Of a stretch of 64,000 nt of DNA, positions 38,462 to 46,744 are shown in pieces (positions within the stretch are counted from its first letter, which is position 1; every line of letters begins with the position of its first letter). The translations under genes and the position numbers were made by a program. A model generated the notes under the pieces. The model did no database searches. It saw only the letters and a program-made list of their open reading frames with translations, and was not told the DNA's origin. The DNA is from Flavobacteriales bacterium (GTDB lineage Bacteria > Bacteroidota > Bacteroidia > Flavobacteriales > UBA7430): assembly GCA_029247585.1 (NCBI GenBank), contig JAQWKY010000112.1:6235-70234 (forward strand), in the 5' to 3' direction.

Positions 38462-41071
38462 TTGGCAAAAGCACCTAAAAACAAGAAAGAAACTCCACTG
38501 ATGCAGCAGTACAATCGGATAAAGGCCAAATATCCAGATGCAGTACTCTTATTTCGGGTAGGTGATTTTTATGAAACTTTTGGAGAAGATGCGATTAAGG
38601 CTTCTCGAATTTTAGGGATTGTATTGACCAACCGAGCCAACGGCAGCTCAAAAATTGAATTGGCGGGATTCCCACACCATTCTTTGGATACCTATTTGCC
38701 CAAATTGGTGCGCTCTGGTTGTCGAGTAGCCATCTGCGATCAGTTGGAAGACCCGAAAGCCACCAAAAAAATTGTCAAGCGCGGCGTTACCGAATTGGTG
38801 ACCCCCGGTGTTTCTTACAATGACAAAACATTAGATCTACGCTCTAATAATTTCTTAGCCTCCATACATATCGATAAAGAAGCTTTGGGCGTTGCCTTTT
38901 TGGATGTCTCCACTGGAGAGTTCTTTGCGGCTCAGGGCAATTGGGAGTACGTAGACAAACTTTTACAAAGTTTTTCTCCCTCAGAAGTTATCTATCAAAA
39001 ACAACACAAGGCAGCGTTTACCCAACGCTATGCCGACAGCTTTTTCACCTTCACGCTCGAAGATTGGGTATTTTCACAAACGTATACGGAGGAGTTGTTG
39101 CTGAATCATTTTCAAACGAAATCTTTAAAAGGTTTTGGTATTGATCAACTCGATATGGGAATTGTAGCAGCAGGAGCTGCCTTGCACTATCTGCAAGAAA
39201 CGCAGCACAATAAGGTTAGCCATATAGCCTCCATTACGCGTATTGAAGAAGACCGCTTCGTGTGGATGGACCATTTCACCATTCGAAATTTGGAATTGGT
39301 TCAAGCCTCAGGCATCAACGGAGTGTCCTTGTTAGACATTCTTGATCAGACAGTTTCTCCTATGGGCGCTCGCATGCTCAGACGATGGTTGGTCCTGCCT
39401 TTAAAAGAGCAAAAGCCCATTCAGGATCGTTTGAATATTGTCGATTACTTTACGCATGAGGGTGATTTAGCCGATGAACTAGCGCTGCAAATCAAACAAA
39501 TGGGCGATTTAGAACGTCTAATATCCAAAGTAGCCACCGCTCGAATTTGTCCACGTGAAGTGGTGCAATTAAAACGTGCGTTAAACGCCATTCTCCCGGT
39601 GGTGGAACATTGCTCAAAATCGGGTAATGAGAGTTTGGCGTCTTTAGCCGCTCAGTTGAACCCATGCGATCCGATTCGCGAAAAAATAGCCAGAGAACTG
39701 CAAGAAGACGCTCCTGTTCAATTGATTAAGGGAAGTGTGATTGCTCCTGGAGTTTCTCAAGAGCTCGATGAGCTCCGAAATATTTCTACCTCGGCAAAAG
39801 AATACCTCGAGCAAATCAGAGTTCGGGAGTCAGAGGCTTCTGGAATACCCTCTTTGAAAATTGCGTTCAACAACGTCTTTGGTTATTACTTAGAGGTTCG
39901 AAATTCTCACAAAGACAAAGTGCCGGAAGTATGGATTCGAAAGCAGACGCTGGTGAATGCGGAGCGCTACATCACCGAAGAGTTGAAAGAACTCGAAGTG
40001 AAAATTCTTAGCGCCAATGATAAAATTCTAGCGCTGGAACAAGAGCTTTTTAATGAGCTCGTACGCACTTTGATGGATTATGTGCAAATTGTACAACGTA
40101 ATTCACAGCTTATCGCCCGTGTAGATGTGCTTCTGTCTTTTGCTAAAATTGCTTTGCAGAATGGTTATGTAAAGCCCGAGTTGAACGATAGTTTTACTTT
40201 GAATATCAAAGACGGACGTCACCCGGTTATTGAAAAGCAATTGGCGGTAGATGAAGCCTACGTAGCCAATGATGTGTACTTAGATAACGAAACGCAACAA
40301 ATCATCATGATTACAGGGCCAAACATGTCCGGTAAGTCGGCTTTATTGCGACAAACGGCATTGATTGTCTTGATGGCTCAGATGGGCTCTTTTGTGCCGG
40401 CTAAGGCCGCGTCACTAGGGCTAGTCGATAAAATTTTTACCCGCGTGGGAGCCTCAGATAATATTTCTTCTGGGGAGTCTACCTTTATGGTGGAAATGAA
40501 TGAAACGGCGAGTATTCTCAACAATGTTTCCGACCGAAGTTTGATTTTACTTGATGAGATTGGTCGAGGAACCAGCATTTATGATGGGATTTCCATTGCT
40601 TGGGCCATAGCAGAGTTTTTACACGAAAACAAAGCCAAAGCAAAAACCTTGTTTGCTACGCATTACCACGAATTGAATGAGATGAGCGAAACCTTTTCAC
40701 GAATCAAGAATTTTAACGTTTCGGTGAAAGAGGTGGACAAGAAGATTTTATTTCTACGCAAACTAAAGCCGGGTGGTTCCGCGCACAGTTTTGGAATTCA
40801 CGTGGCAAAGATGGCCGGAATGCCACAGTCGCTCATCCGACGCGCCAATGCGATACTGGCGCATATGGAAAAAATACATACTTCTGAAGAACTTACCAGT
40901 AAGGCCAAAGCCATTCATCAGGAAACCGATATGCAGCTGAGTTTCTTTCAGTTGGATGATCCTGTTTTAGAGCAAATTAAAGATGAAATCATCAAGACCG
41001 ACATCAATACCTTAACTCCGGTAGAAGCCTTGTTGAAACTCAATGAAATCAAGAAAATGATTGGTGCTTAG
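38462..41071 (+). CDS. mutS: DNA mismatch repair protein MutS
   Basis: 869 aa. N-terminal TPLMQQY...FYETFGEDA, Walker A GPNMSGKS, and DEIGRGTS. The TTG start is assumed (alternative ATG at 38501). Confidence 0.95.
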   Translation: MAKAPKNKKETPLMQQYNRIKAKYPDAVLLFRVGDFYETFGEDAIKASRILGIVLTNRANGSSKIELAGFPHHSLDTYLPKLVRSGCRVAICDQLEDPKATKKIVKRGVTELVTPGVSYNDKTLDLRSNNFLASIHIDKEALGVAFLDVSTGEFFAAQGNWEYVDKLLQSFSPSEVIYQKQHKAAFTQRYADSFFTFTLEDWVFSQTYTEELLLNHFQTKSLKGFGIDQLDMGIVAAGAALHYLQETQHNKVSHIASITRIEEDRFVWMDHFTIRNLELVQASGINGVSLLDILDQTVSPMGARMLRRWLVLPLKEQKPIQDRLNIVDYFTHEGDLADELALQIKQMGDLERLISKVATARICPREVVQLKRALNAILPVVEHCSKSGNESLASLAAQLNPCDPIREKIARELQEDAPVQLIKGSVIAPGVSQELDELRNISTSAKEYLEQIRVRESEASGIPSLKIAFNNVFGYYLEVRNSHKDKVPEVWIRKQTLVNAERYITEELKELEVKILSANDKILALEQELFNELVRTLMDYVQIVQRNSQLIARVDVLLSFAKIALQNGYVKPELNDSFTLNIKDGRHPVIEKQLAVDEAYVANDVYLDNETQQIIMITGPNMSGKSALLRQTALIVLMAQMGSFVPAKAASLGLVDKIFTRVGASDNISSGESTFMVEMNETASILNNVSDRSLILLDEIGRGTSIYDGISIAWAIAEFLHENKAKAKTLFATHYHELNEMSETFSRIKNFNVSVKEVDKKILFLRKLKPGGSAHSFGIHVAKMAGMPQSLIRRANAILAHMEKIHTSEELTSKAKAIHQETDMQLSFFQLDDPVLEQIKDEIIKTDINTLTPVEALLKLNEIKKMIGA

Positions 41072-41111
41072 CGACTTGCTCCAAAGCCTTTTAAATTCTG
41101 TTCTTTTTGTT

Positions 41112-41140
41112 TTGAGGTCAATGAAAAGTACTTATATTTG
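41112..41140 (+). promoter_or_regulatory. candidate Bacteroidota sigma-A promoter for the tRNA pair
   Basis: TTG (41112-41114), an 18-nt spacer, then TATATTTG (41133-41140). This matches the -33 TTG / -7 TAnnTTTG consensus and lies 28 nt upstream of tRNA-Gly. Confidence 0.45.
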
Positions 41141-41167
41141 CATCGCTCTTGTAAAGAGGGTATGACC

Positions 41168-41242
41168 GCGAGTGTAGCTCAGGGGTAGAGCATCACCTTG
41201 CCAAGGTGAGGGTCGAGGGTTCGAATCCCTTCACTCGCTCCA
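41168..41242 (+). tRNA. tRNA-Gly (anticodon GCC), CCA encoded
   Basis: Hand-folded cloverleaf: acceptor GCGAGTG/CACTCGC, D arm GCTC..GAGC, anticodon arm TCACC-ttGCCaa-GGTGA, T arm GAGGG-TTCGAAT-CCCTT, then T-CCA. Confidence 0.9.
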
Positions 41243-41259
41243 GTAAAAGTAGATTCCAA

Positions 41260-41343
41260 GCTCGAGTGGTGGAATTGGTAGACACGCCGGACTTAAAATC
41301 CTGTGCTCTTTGGGGCGTGCGGGTTCAAGTCCCGCCTCGAGTA
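41260..41343 (+). tRNA. tRNA-Leu (anticodon UAA), class II with long variable arm
   Basis: Hand-folded: acceptor GCTCGAG/CTCGAGT (G1.U72), GTGGAATTGGTAGACAC D region, anticodon arm CCGGA-ctTAAaa-TCCTG (one C.U mismatch), 15-nt variable arm, T arm GCGGG-TTCAAGT-CCCGC, discriminator A. Confidence 0.85.
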
Positions 41344-41483
41344 CAAGCCTCCTCAGAAATGAGGAGGCTTTTTTTGTTCCAATGGTTTTCCGTGCTTGGC
41401 TTAAGTATTCTGATTTTGAAAATACAAACAATTATCTCGTTGATTTTCACTAACTTGAGTCTCCAAGAAAATTATTATGAGAC
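41341..41483 (+). repeat. repeat copy 1: tRNA-Leu 3' end + terminator (T) + downstream segment (Y)
   Basis: GTACAAGCCTCCTCAGAAATGAGGAGGCTTTTT recurs at 42404 (1 mismatch) and 46598 (degenerate). The following roughly 100 nt aligns by hand with 42439-42536 (about 50 of 63 positions in the best block). Confidence 0.8.
41346..41376 (+). terminator. Rho-independent terminator of the tRNA-Gly/tRNA-Leu unit
   Basis: AGCCTCCTCA-GAAA-TGAGGAGGCT is a perfect 10-bp stem with a GNRA loop, followed by a 7-nt T-run. Confidence 0.85.
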
Positions 41484-42238
41484 CAATCTGCATCCTTTTA
41501 CTAATTTCATTTTTTACTTTAGGACAGAATGTAACTTACATTGAACTAGATATTCTTCTAGAATTTCAGATGGATCGAAATCAGGCTTGTCAAATTAAAA
41601 TGACAGAAGTAATTACTGATTTTCAGTTTTGTCCATTCATCTTACCTTTAGTTGAGGGTTGTACAGATCCCATAGCTAAAAATTACAATTCATCTGCGAA
41701 TATCGATGATGGTAGCTGTCTTGAAGAAGGATGTCAAGTTGGTGATTTAGCCCATGGAGGTATTGTGTTCTACCTGGACGAAACGGGTCAGCACGGCTTG
41801 GTTGCAGCTCTTGAAGATATAGGTCAATTTGAGTGGGGTTGTTATGGAACAAGAATATTAGGAGCAGATGGAACTGCCATAGGCGAAGGCTATCAGAATA
41901 CGGTGGATATTGTAAGCCAAGGATGCACAACAGAAAATGGAGGTTTTACAGCCGCCCAAGCGGCCTTAAATCACGAATCAGAAGGCTACAGCGACTGGTA
42001 CTTGCCGTCATTAGACGAACTGCAAGAAATGTTAGTGGCTTTTGGACAAAGAGGAGGGCAAGAGGGAAATATAGGAGGTTTAATACTAGATGGGGATCCT
42101 TATTTGGCATCTTCTTCGATGTTTTCTTTGTACTGCAGTAATTGTTACGCCTGGACCGCAGGTATGCCCGATTTTAACTCGTCTGCTGGCGTCAGTAAAT
42201 CTAATTTGGTTAGGGTTCGTGTTATTCGAGCTTTTTAA
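41477..42238 (+). CDS. secreted DUF1566 (Lcl C-terminal domain)-like protein
   Basis: 253 aa with a signal peptide. It has a cysteine-bounded CTDPIAKNYNSSANIDDGSC module, then GGIVFYLDETGQHGLVAA...WYLPSLDELQEM, which is typical of DUF1566. Confidence 0.65.
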   Translation: MRPICILLLISFFTLGQNVTYIELDILLEFQMDRNQACQIKMTEVITDFQFCPFILPLVEGCTDPIAKNYNSSANIDDGSCLEEGCQVGDLAHGGIVFYLDETGQHGLVAALEDIGQFEWGCYGTRILGADGTAIGEGYQNTVDIVSQGCTTENGGFTAAQAALNHESEGYSDWYLPSLDELQEMLVAFGQRGGQEGNIGGLILDGDPYLASSSMFSLYCSNCYAWTAGMPDFNSSAGVSKSNLVRVRVIRAF

Positions 42239-42297
42239 CCCTTTTACCCATTTAACGCCATTTAATAGTAATAATTAGTAAATCCTTTGTGCTTCTT

Positions 42298-42536
42298 GGT
42301 TTACCCGCTATAATCGCTCAAACCCTCGTGTTTAAGGCAGTCTTTTAATTCGTAGAGCCTATACTAGGTCTTTGTGAAAGAGTTCGAGAATTGGCTCGAT
42401 TTGTGTACAAGCCTCCTCAGCAATGAGGAGGCTTTTTTGATTTAGTTCCTCGACTTAATTTTCTCATTTGAAAATATAATCAACTAGTTCATTGATTTTC
42501 AATAAATTTAGGCTCTAAATGATCTATATATGAGAC
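42298..42536 (+). repeat. repeat copy 2: element X + terminator (T) + downstream segment (Y)
   Basis: X+T (42312-42438) aligns with 46507-46632 at about 104 of 123 positions by hand. T+Y aligns with the tRNA-Leu 3' flank (41341-41483). Confidence 0.8.
42410..42438 (+). terminator. Rho-independent terminator (copy of the tRNA-Leu terminator)
   Basis: AGCCTCCTCA-GCAA-TGAGGAGGCT followed by TTTTT. It lies downstream of the DUF1566 gene and upstream of the GT-C gene at 42583. Confidence 0.75.
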
Positions 42537-42582
42537 TCAATTATAGAGTTGTAGAAGTTGATATAAAATTAATAAAAAATAG

Positions 42583-43818
42583 ATGACTGATTTTATCAAA
42601 AAATATAGTGCATTATGTCTTTTACTATTTACATTTTGTATAATGGTTATGCCTCATAGTGGTCATGGAGGGGATCTTTGGTGTTGGACAAAATGGGCTG
42701 AATATATATTTCAAAATGGTTTAGGGCAGATTTATAATTCGAATTCAGATTATCTTCCTCTTTATCACTACATCTTATATTTGTACAGCTTATCTCAAGT
42801 CAGTATTGAAGAAATAGGACGCAACATTTACTATCTTAAATTTATCACTTTGTTGTTTCATTTTGTGACAGGATACTTTCTTGCGCTAATGATTAAAAAA
42901 GAGCGGGATAGTTGGGATAAGATTCTGATAAATGTCTTGTTTTATCTGCTGAATATTGCAATATTATACAATACCGTGATTTGGGGTCAGGTTGATGCAA
43001 TTTTAACTTGTTTTGTTTTTGGCTCAATTTATTTTGCATACAAAAAAAGAATACTTCTTTCCTTAATTTTCATGGTTCTTGCGATTAACTTTAAGCTTCA
43101 GGCAATTATCTTTTTACCAATTGTTGGGCTTATGCTTTTACCTTTGATTATATCATGTTTTTCGATTGAAAAGTTGGTGAAATGGATTTTAGTTCTTCTG
43201 ATTTTACAATTGCTGATTATTTCGCCATTTATTGTTGAAGGAACTGTTGGGAGTTTATGGGCGGTTGTTACTGGGTCGGTTGGTAAATACCCTGTTGTGT
43301 CCATGAATGCCTACAACATATGGGATTTCATGCTATCAGGTAATCTTATGCAGATACTAGATAGTAATACTTTTTTGGGAATATCATATAAGAGTTGGGG
43401 CTTATTTATGTTTTTTACAACAAGCGGTATCGCGCTACTTCCATTGGCTAAATTGGGGTATTTGTCAATTGTAAATAGAACAGAACTAAATGTTCCTCTC
43501 GATAAGATTTTAATTGTGTGTACCATTATTCCGCTCTTATTTTTTTATTTCAACACACAAATGCACGAAAGATATACTCATCCTGCTTTCATTTTTTTAA
43601 TTGCGTACTCATTATGCAAAAAAAAGCCTCTAATCGCTATTGTAGGTTGCTTGGCTTATTTTCTAAATCTTGAGGATGTGCTGAGGTTTATGAAACTTGA
43701 TAACTATGGCACACTCATTTTTAATCGTGATTTTATTTCTTCTTTATATTTGATAACGATAATTTGGCTTTATAGTGATTTATTCAATTTTAAATTGAAC
43801 AAGGGAAACAAATCTTGA
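42583..43818 (+). CDS. multi-pass membrane protein, candidate GT-C-fold glycosyltransferase (DUF2029/GT87- or Gpi18-like)
   Basis: 411 aa with about 11 hydrophobic segments. The first extracytoplasmic loop carries an acidic/aromatic motif GGDLWCWTKW...DYLPLYHY, as in GT-C enzymes. The assignment comes from pattern recognition only. Confidence 0.55.
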   Translation: MTDFIKKYSALCLLLFTFCIMVMPHSGHGGDLWCWTKWAEYIFQNGLGQIYNSNSDYLPLYHYILYLYSLSQVSIEEIGRNIYYLKFITLLFHFVTGYFLALMIKKERDSWDKILINVLFYLLNIAILYNTVIWGQVDAILTCFVFGSIYFAYKKRILLSLIFMVLAINFKLQAIIFLPIVGLMLLPLIISCFSIEKLVKWILVLLILQLLIISPFIVEGTVGSLWAVVTGSVGKYPVVSMNAYNIWDFMLSGNLMQILDSNTFLGISYKSWGLFMFFTTSGIALLPLAKLGYLSIVNRTELNVPLDKILIVCTIIPLLFFYFNTQMHERYTHPAFIFLIAYSLCKKKPLIAIVGCLAYFLNLEDVLRFMKLDNYGTLIFNRDFISSLYLITIIWLYSDLFNFKLNKGNKS

Positions 43819-43879
43819 ATAATCGTAGCCAAAAGAGTAGCTTCAACGAACAAATTATTAAAACGGGATTATAATTTTT

Positions 43880-44863
43880 ATGGAAACAATTAACAAACAA
43901 ATTGATATTTCGGTAATCATTCCCATCTATAATGAAGAACAAATTATCCCGGAACTCTATGAACGACTTCATAAAACGGTCGTCCAAATTTCAGAGCATT
44001 ATGAATTGATATTTGTAAATGACGGAAGCGAGGATTACTCTTTATTGGAATTAATAAAACTAAGTGAGCAGGATGAACGTGTTTTTTACATCAATTTTAG
44101 TCGAAATTTTGGTCATCAAATTGCTGTAACGGCAGGTTTGGATGCTTGTAAAGGAAAAGCAGTGGTTATTATTGACGGCGATTTACAAGACCCTCCTGAA
44201 TTAATTACAGATCTATACTCCAAACACAAAGAAGGATATGAAGTCGTTTATGCAAAACGAGCAGAAAGAAAAGGTGAAAGTTTTTTTAAAAAGTCTACGG
44301 CAAAACTATTTTATCGTGTTTTAAAACGAATTACCTCCATCAACATTCCTATGGATACGGGTGATTTTCGATTGATTGACCAAAAAGTTGTTCATTATTT
44401 GAAACAGATGTCTGAACAAAACAAATTCTTAAGAGGTCAGATTGCATGGTTGGGATTCAGACAAACACAAGTGTTATTTAACCGGGATAAAAGAAAATAC
44501 GGAAAAACAGGTTATTCATTGAGTAAAATGCTCCATTTTGCCATGGACGGAATTACCGGTTTTTCAGATAAGCCCTTACAATTGGTTACGAAACTTGGAT
44601 TTACAATATCATTCATTTCTTTTCTTATCATCCTTTATGCCGTTTATTCACATTTTATTTTGGACAGAACCATTACAGGTTGGACATCCCTTATTATTAG
44701 TTCTATGTTTATTGGCGGTGTTCAGTTGATTTCTATTGGAGTAATCGGAGAATATATTAGTCGAATCAATAAAAATGTGTTGAAACGCCCGATGTATATC
44801 GTTGAGAAAAGTAATATTAAAAAATCAAATAAGACCGAGGTTAAAAAATACGTTAAAATTTAG
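43880..44863 (+). CDS. GT2 polyprenyl-phosphate glycosyltransferase (GtrB/ArnC/CsbB-like)
   Basis: 327 aa. VIIPIYNEE, FVNDGSED, IDGDLQDPPE (DXD) and FRLID motifs. Two C-terminal TM helices with GGVQLISIGVIGEYISRI, the GtrB/ArnC hallmark. Confidence 0.85.
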   Translation: METINKQIDISVIIPIYNEEQIIPELYERLHKTVVQISEHYELIFVNDGSEDYSLLELIKLSEQDERVFYINFSRNFGHQIAVTAGLDACKGKAVVIIDGDLQDPPELITDLYSKHKEGYEVVYAKRAERKGESFFKKSTAKLFYRVLKRITSINIPMDTGDFRLIDQKVVHYLKQMSEQNKFLRGQIAWLGFRQTQVLFNRDKRKYGKTGYSLSKMLHFAMDGITGFSDKPLQLVTKLGFTISFISFLIILYAVYSHFILDRTITGWTSLIISSMFIGGVQLISIGVIGEYISRINKNVLKRPMYIVEKSNIKKSNKTEVKKYVKI

Positions 44864-46230
44864 GTGTAAATCCAACCATTTGCGATGTAGGTGTTAAACA
44901 AATAAGATGTCCATATTACGTTTAAAAAAACAGTTAAAAGTAAGCCTCTTTTATAAAGCTTTGTATGAGATTGATCTTGAAATAACCAAAAAAACAGAGA
45001 TGCAATTAATAGGAACAGTCCCATATCAGAAAAGTTCAAACCTGAGGAATATCCTGCGAATCCCATTGTTAACATAGCTAACAGGGACAATATGCAGAAA
45101 TATAAAACTCGAGATGATTTCGTTGTTTTTTTGATATAAGAAAAAGCATAAAGTAGCAGTGCAAAAAAGAATGGAGTGCACAAGACATATCGAGATAGTC
45201 CGTGGAGGCTTCCTCCCTGGAAAAATACTATAAATAAGAAGATGCCAATTAAATAAAAAGCGGACAGTACCTGTACATAGTTTTTAGGTGTGTAATCAAA
45301 ATAGTTCGGCAGGCTTTTGTTGGCTTGAAAGAGCTTTGTGTAAGTCGTTTTCAGAAAAATAGTTGTCAATGGTACAACGATTAAAAAAATAACACCGAGA
45401 CTTATTCCAAAACCTTCGTGTGACCAATCTCTTAGTCCGCTAGGGAGAGAGAAAACATGATTCCAATATTTTTGAACTTCAACAAATTTCATTGGAGTTC
45501 CTTCCTCAAATGAATATTGTATGCTTGATACAGTTAATGTTCCCAGGATAAGAGGTAGTGCCTTTAGAAGGGTACTACGCAAAGCTTGTGTTGTTTTTTT
45601 ATGTTGGATAAGGAAAAAGACTTCTGTACCTAATATGGCTAGAAATAAAAAAGTATATGAGGGTTTTGTGAGTGCGCATAAAAAAAATCCGATGAAGAAT
45701 AACCAATACTTATTTTTCACCATTCCATAAAATCCTATCGCTCCCACAAGCAAAAATGTGGCTTCAGTATAAGGAATAAAAAACACGGCAATACTTGGTA
45801 AAGAAACAATGATGAACAGAAGGTTTATTTTTGACGGAATGTCAGTTTGAAATGTCTTATAAAGAATTAATAGGGCGATGGCAAACATAAAATAGTTCAT
45901 GAATATGACACCAACCGGAGGTAAAGCAGTTATTTTCCATAAAAATGGGAAAAAAGGAAAGAAAGCAAAAATGTAATCCCCCCCTGCCTTTTTAATATCA
46001 TAACCGTGTTCTTTAATTAGATGGTAATGAACCCCATCCCATTGTAGGTAATTTGTATTATTGACTTGTTGAAAAGGTTCATTTACAAGTTGTCTTTTAC
46101 CCTCATTATTAACCCAATTGTCTGCAAATTTTCCAAGTGTACTATTGTAGGTTGTACTATTTTGCAAAAGCAAAAAAGCTGCCCAAAATGCAGCAAAAAA
46201 AGTTAGTAAAATAAGGATGTTATTTCTCAT
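44860..46230 (-). CDS. multi-pass membrane protein, candidate GT-C mannosyltransferase (PIG-V/Gpi18-like)
   Basis: 456 aa, multi-TM. Loop motif WDGVHYHLIKEHGY...FAFFPFFPFLW resembles the PIG-V (GPI mannosyltransferase 2) family signature WD..Y..IA..GY...AFFP. Confidence 0.55.
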   Translation of the reverse strand: MRNNILILLTFFAAFWAAFLLLQNSTTYNSTLGKFADNWVNNEGKRQLVNEPFQQVNNTNYLQWDGVHYHLIKEHGYDIKKAGGDYIFAFFPFFPFLWKITALPPVGVIFMNYFMFAIALLILYKTFQTDIPSKINLLFIIVSLPSIAVFFIPYTEATFLLVGAIGFYGMVKNKYWLFFIGFFLCALTKPSYTFLFLAILGTEVFFLIQHKKTTQALRSTLLKALPLILGTLTVSSIQYSFEEGTPMKFVEVQKYWNHVFSLPSGLRDWSHEGFGISLGVIFLIVVPLTTIFLKTTYTKLFQANKSLPNYFDYTPKNYVQVLSAFYLIGIFLFIVFFQGGSLHGLSRYVLCTPFFFALLLYAFSYIKKTTKSSRVLYFCILSLLAMLTMGFAGYSSGLNFSDMGLFLLIASLFFWLFQDQSHTKLYKRGLLLTVFLNVIWTSYLFNTYIANGWIYT

Positions 46231-46493
46231 GTGTCTTAAAGCAAAAGTATAGATTTGGTGAAATCCCCAGCTATACTTTGATTAAATTATGCTGATAAAA
46301 TCATACGTTTTGTATCAATTTCTTGACTATTTACAGTTAATAGTATAAATATACATTCCTGCGTTTAATTCTCCTGCATTAATAGATAATTTATTTTTAT
46401 CCGCTTGTTTTATTCAATGCGCTTTGTCTCTCTTGGGTCTCTCATTCTCTTCTTACAAATTCCATATTTATTATCTTATTTCTTCTAATGCTG

Positions 46494-46632
46494 GGGTTTC
46501 CCACAGAATCGCTCAAACCCTCGTGTTTAAGGGTTTCTTTTAAATCGTAGAGAGCTACTAGGTTTTTGTGAAAGAGTTCGAGAACTGAATCGTCTTGTGT
46601 ACAAGCCTTCTCAGAAATGAGGAGTTTTTTTT
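46494..46632 (+). repeat. repeat copy 3: element X + degenerate terminator (T)
   Basis: Aligns with 42298-42438. The terminator stem is reduced to 7 bp (CCTTCTCA-GAAA-TGAGGAG) with an 8-nt T-run. It lies 113 nt upstream of the GT-C gene at 46745. Confidence 0.8.
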
Positions 46633-46744
46633 ATTTGGGTATTACCAATTGTTATTCCAGCAGGACTAAATTACTGGTTTTCCCTTCCTGAATAATCTCT
46701 AAAACCCCCAAATAGTGTACATTAGCTTTTGATTCCTTCTAATA

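Noticed and set aside
41206-41544. 112-aa plus-strand ORF (and minus-strand ORF 41231..41431) spanning the tRNA region
   Set aside because: It runs straight through tRNA-Gly, tRNA-Leu and their terminator. The translation is a by-product of structured RNA genes, not a protein.
46417-46488. 23-codon hydrophobic ORF (MRFVSLGSLILFLQIPYLLSYFF) in the divergent intergenic region before repeat copy 3
   Set aside because: It is too short, sits in a pyrimidine-rich low-complexity stretch, and has no conserved counterpart before repeat copy 2.
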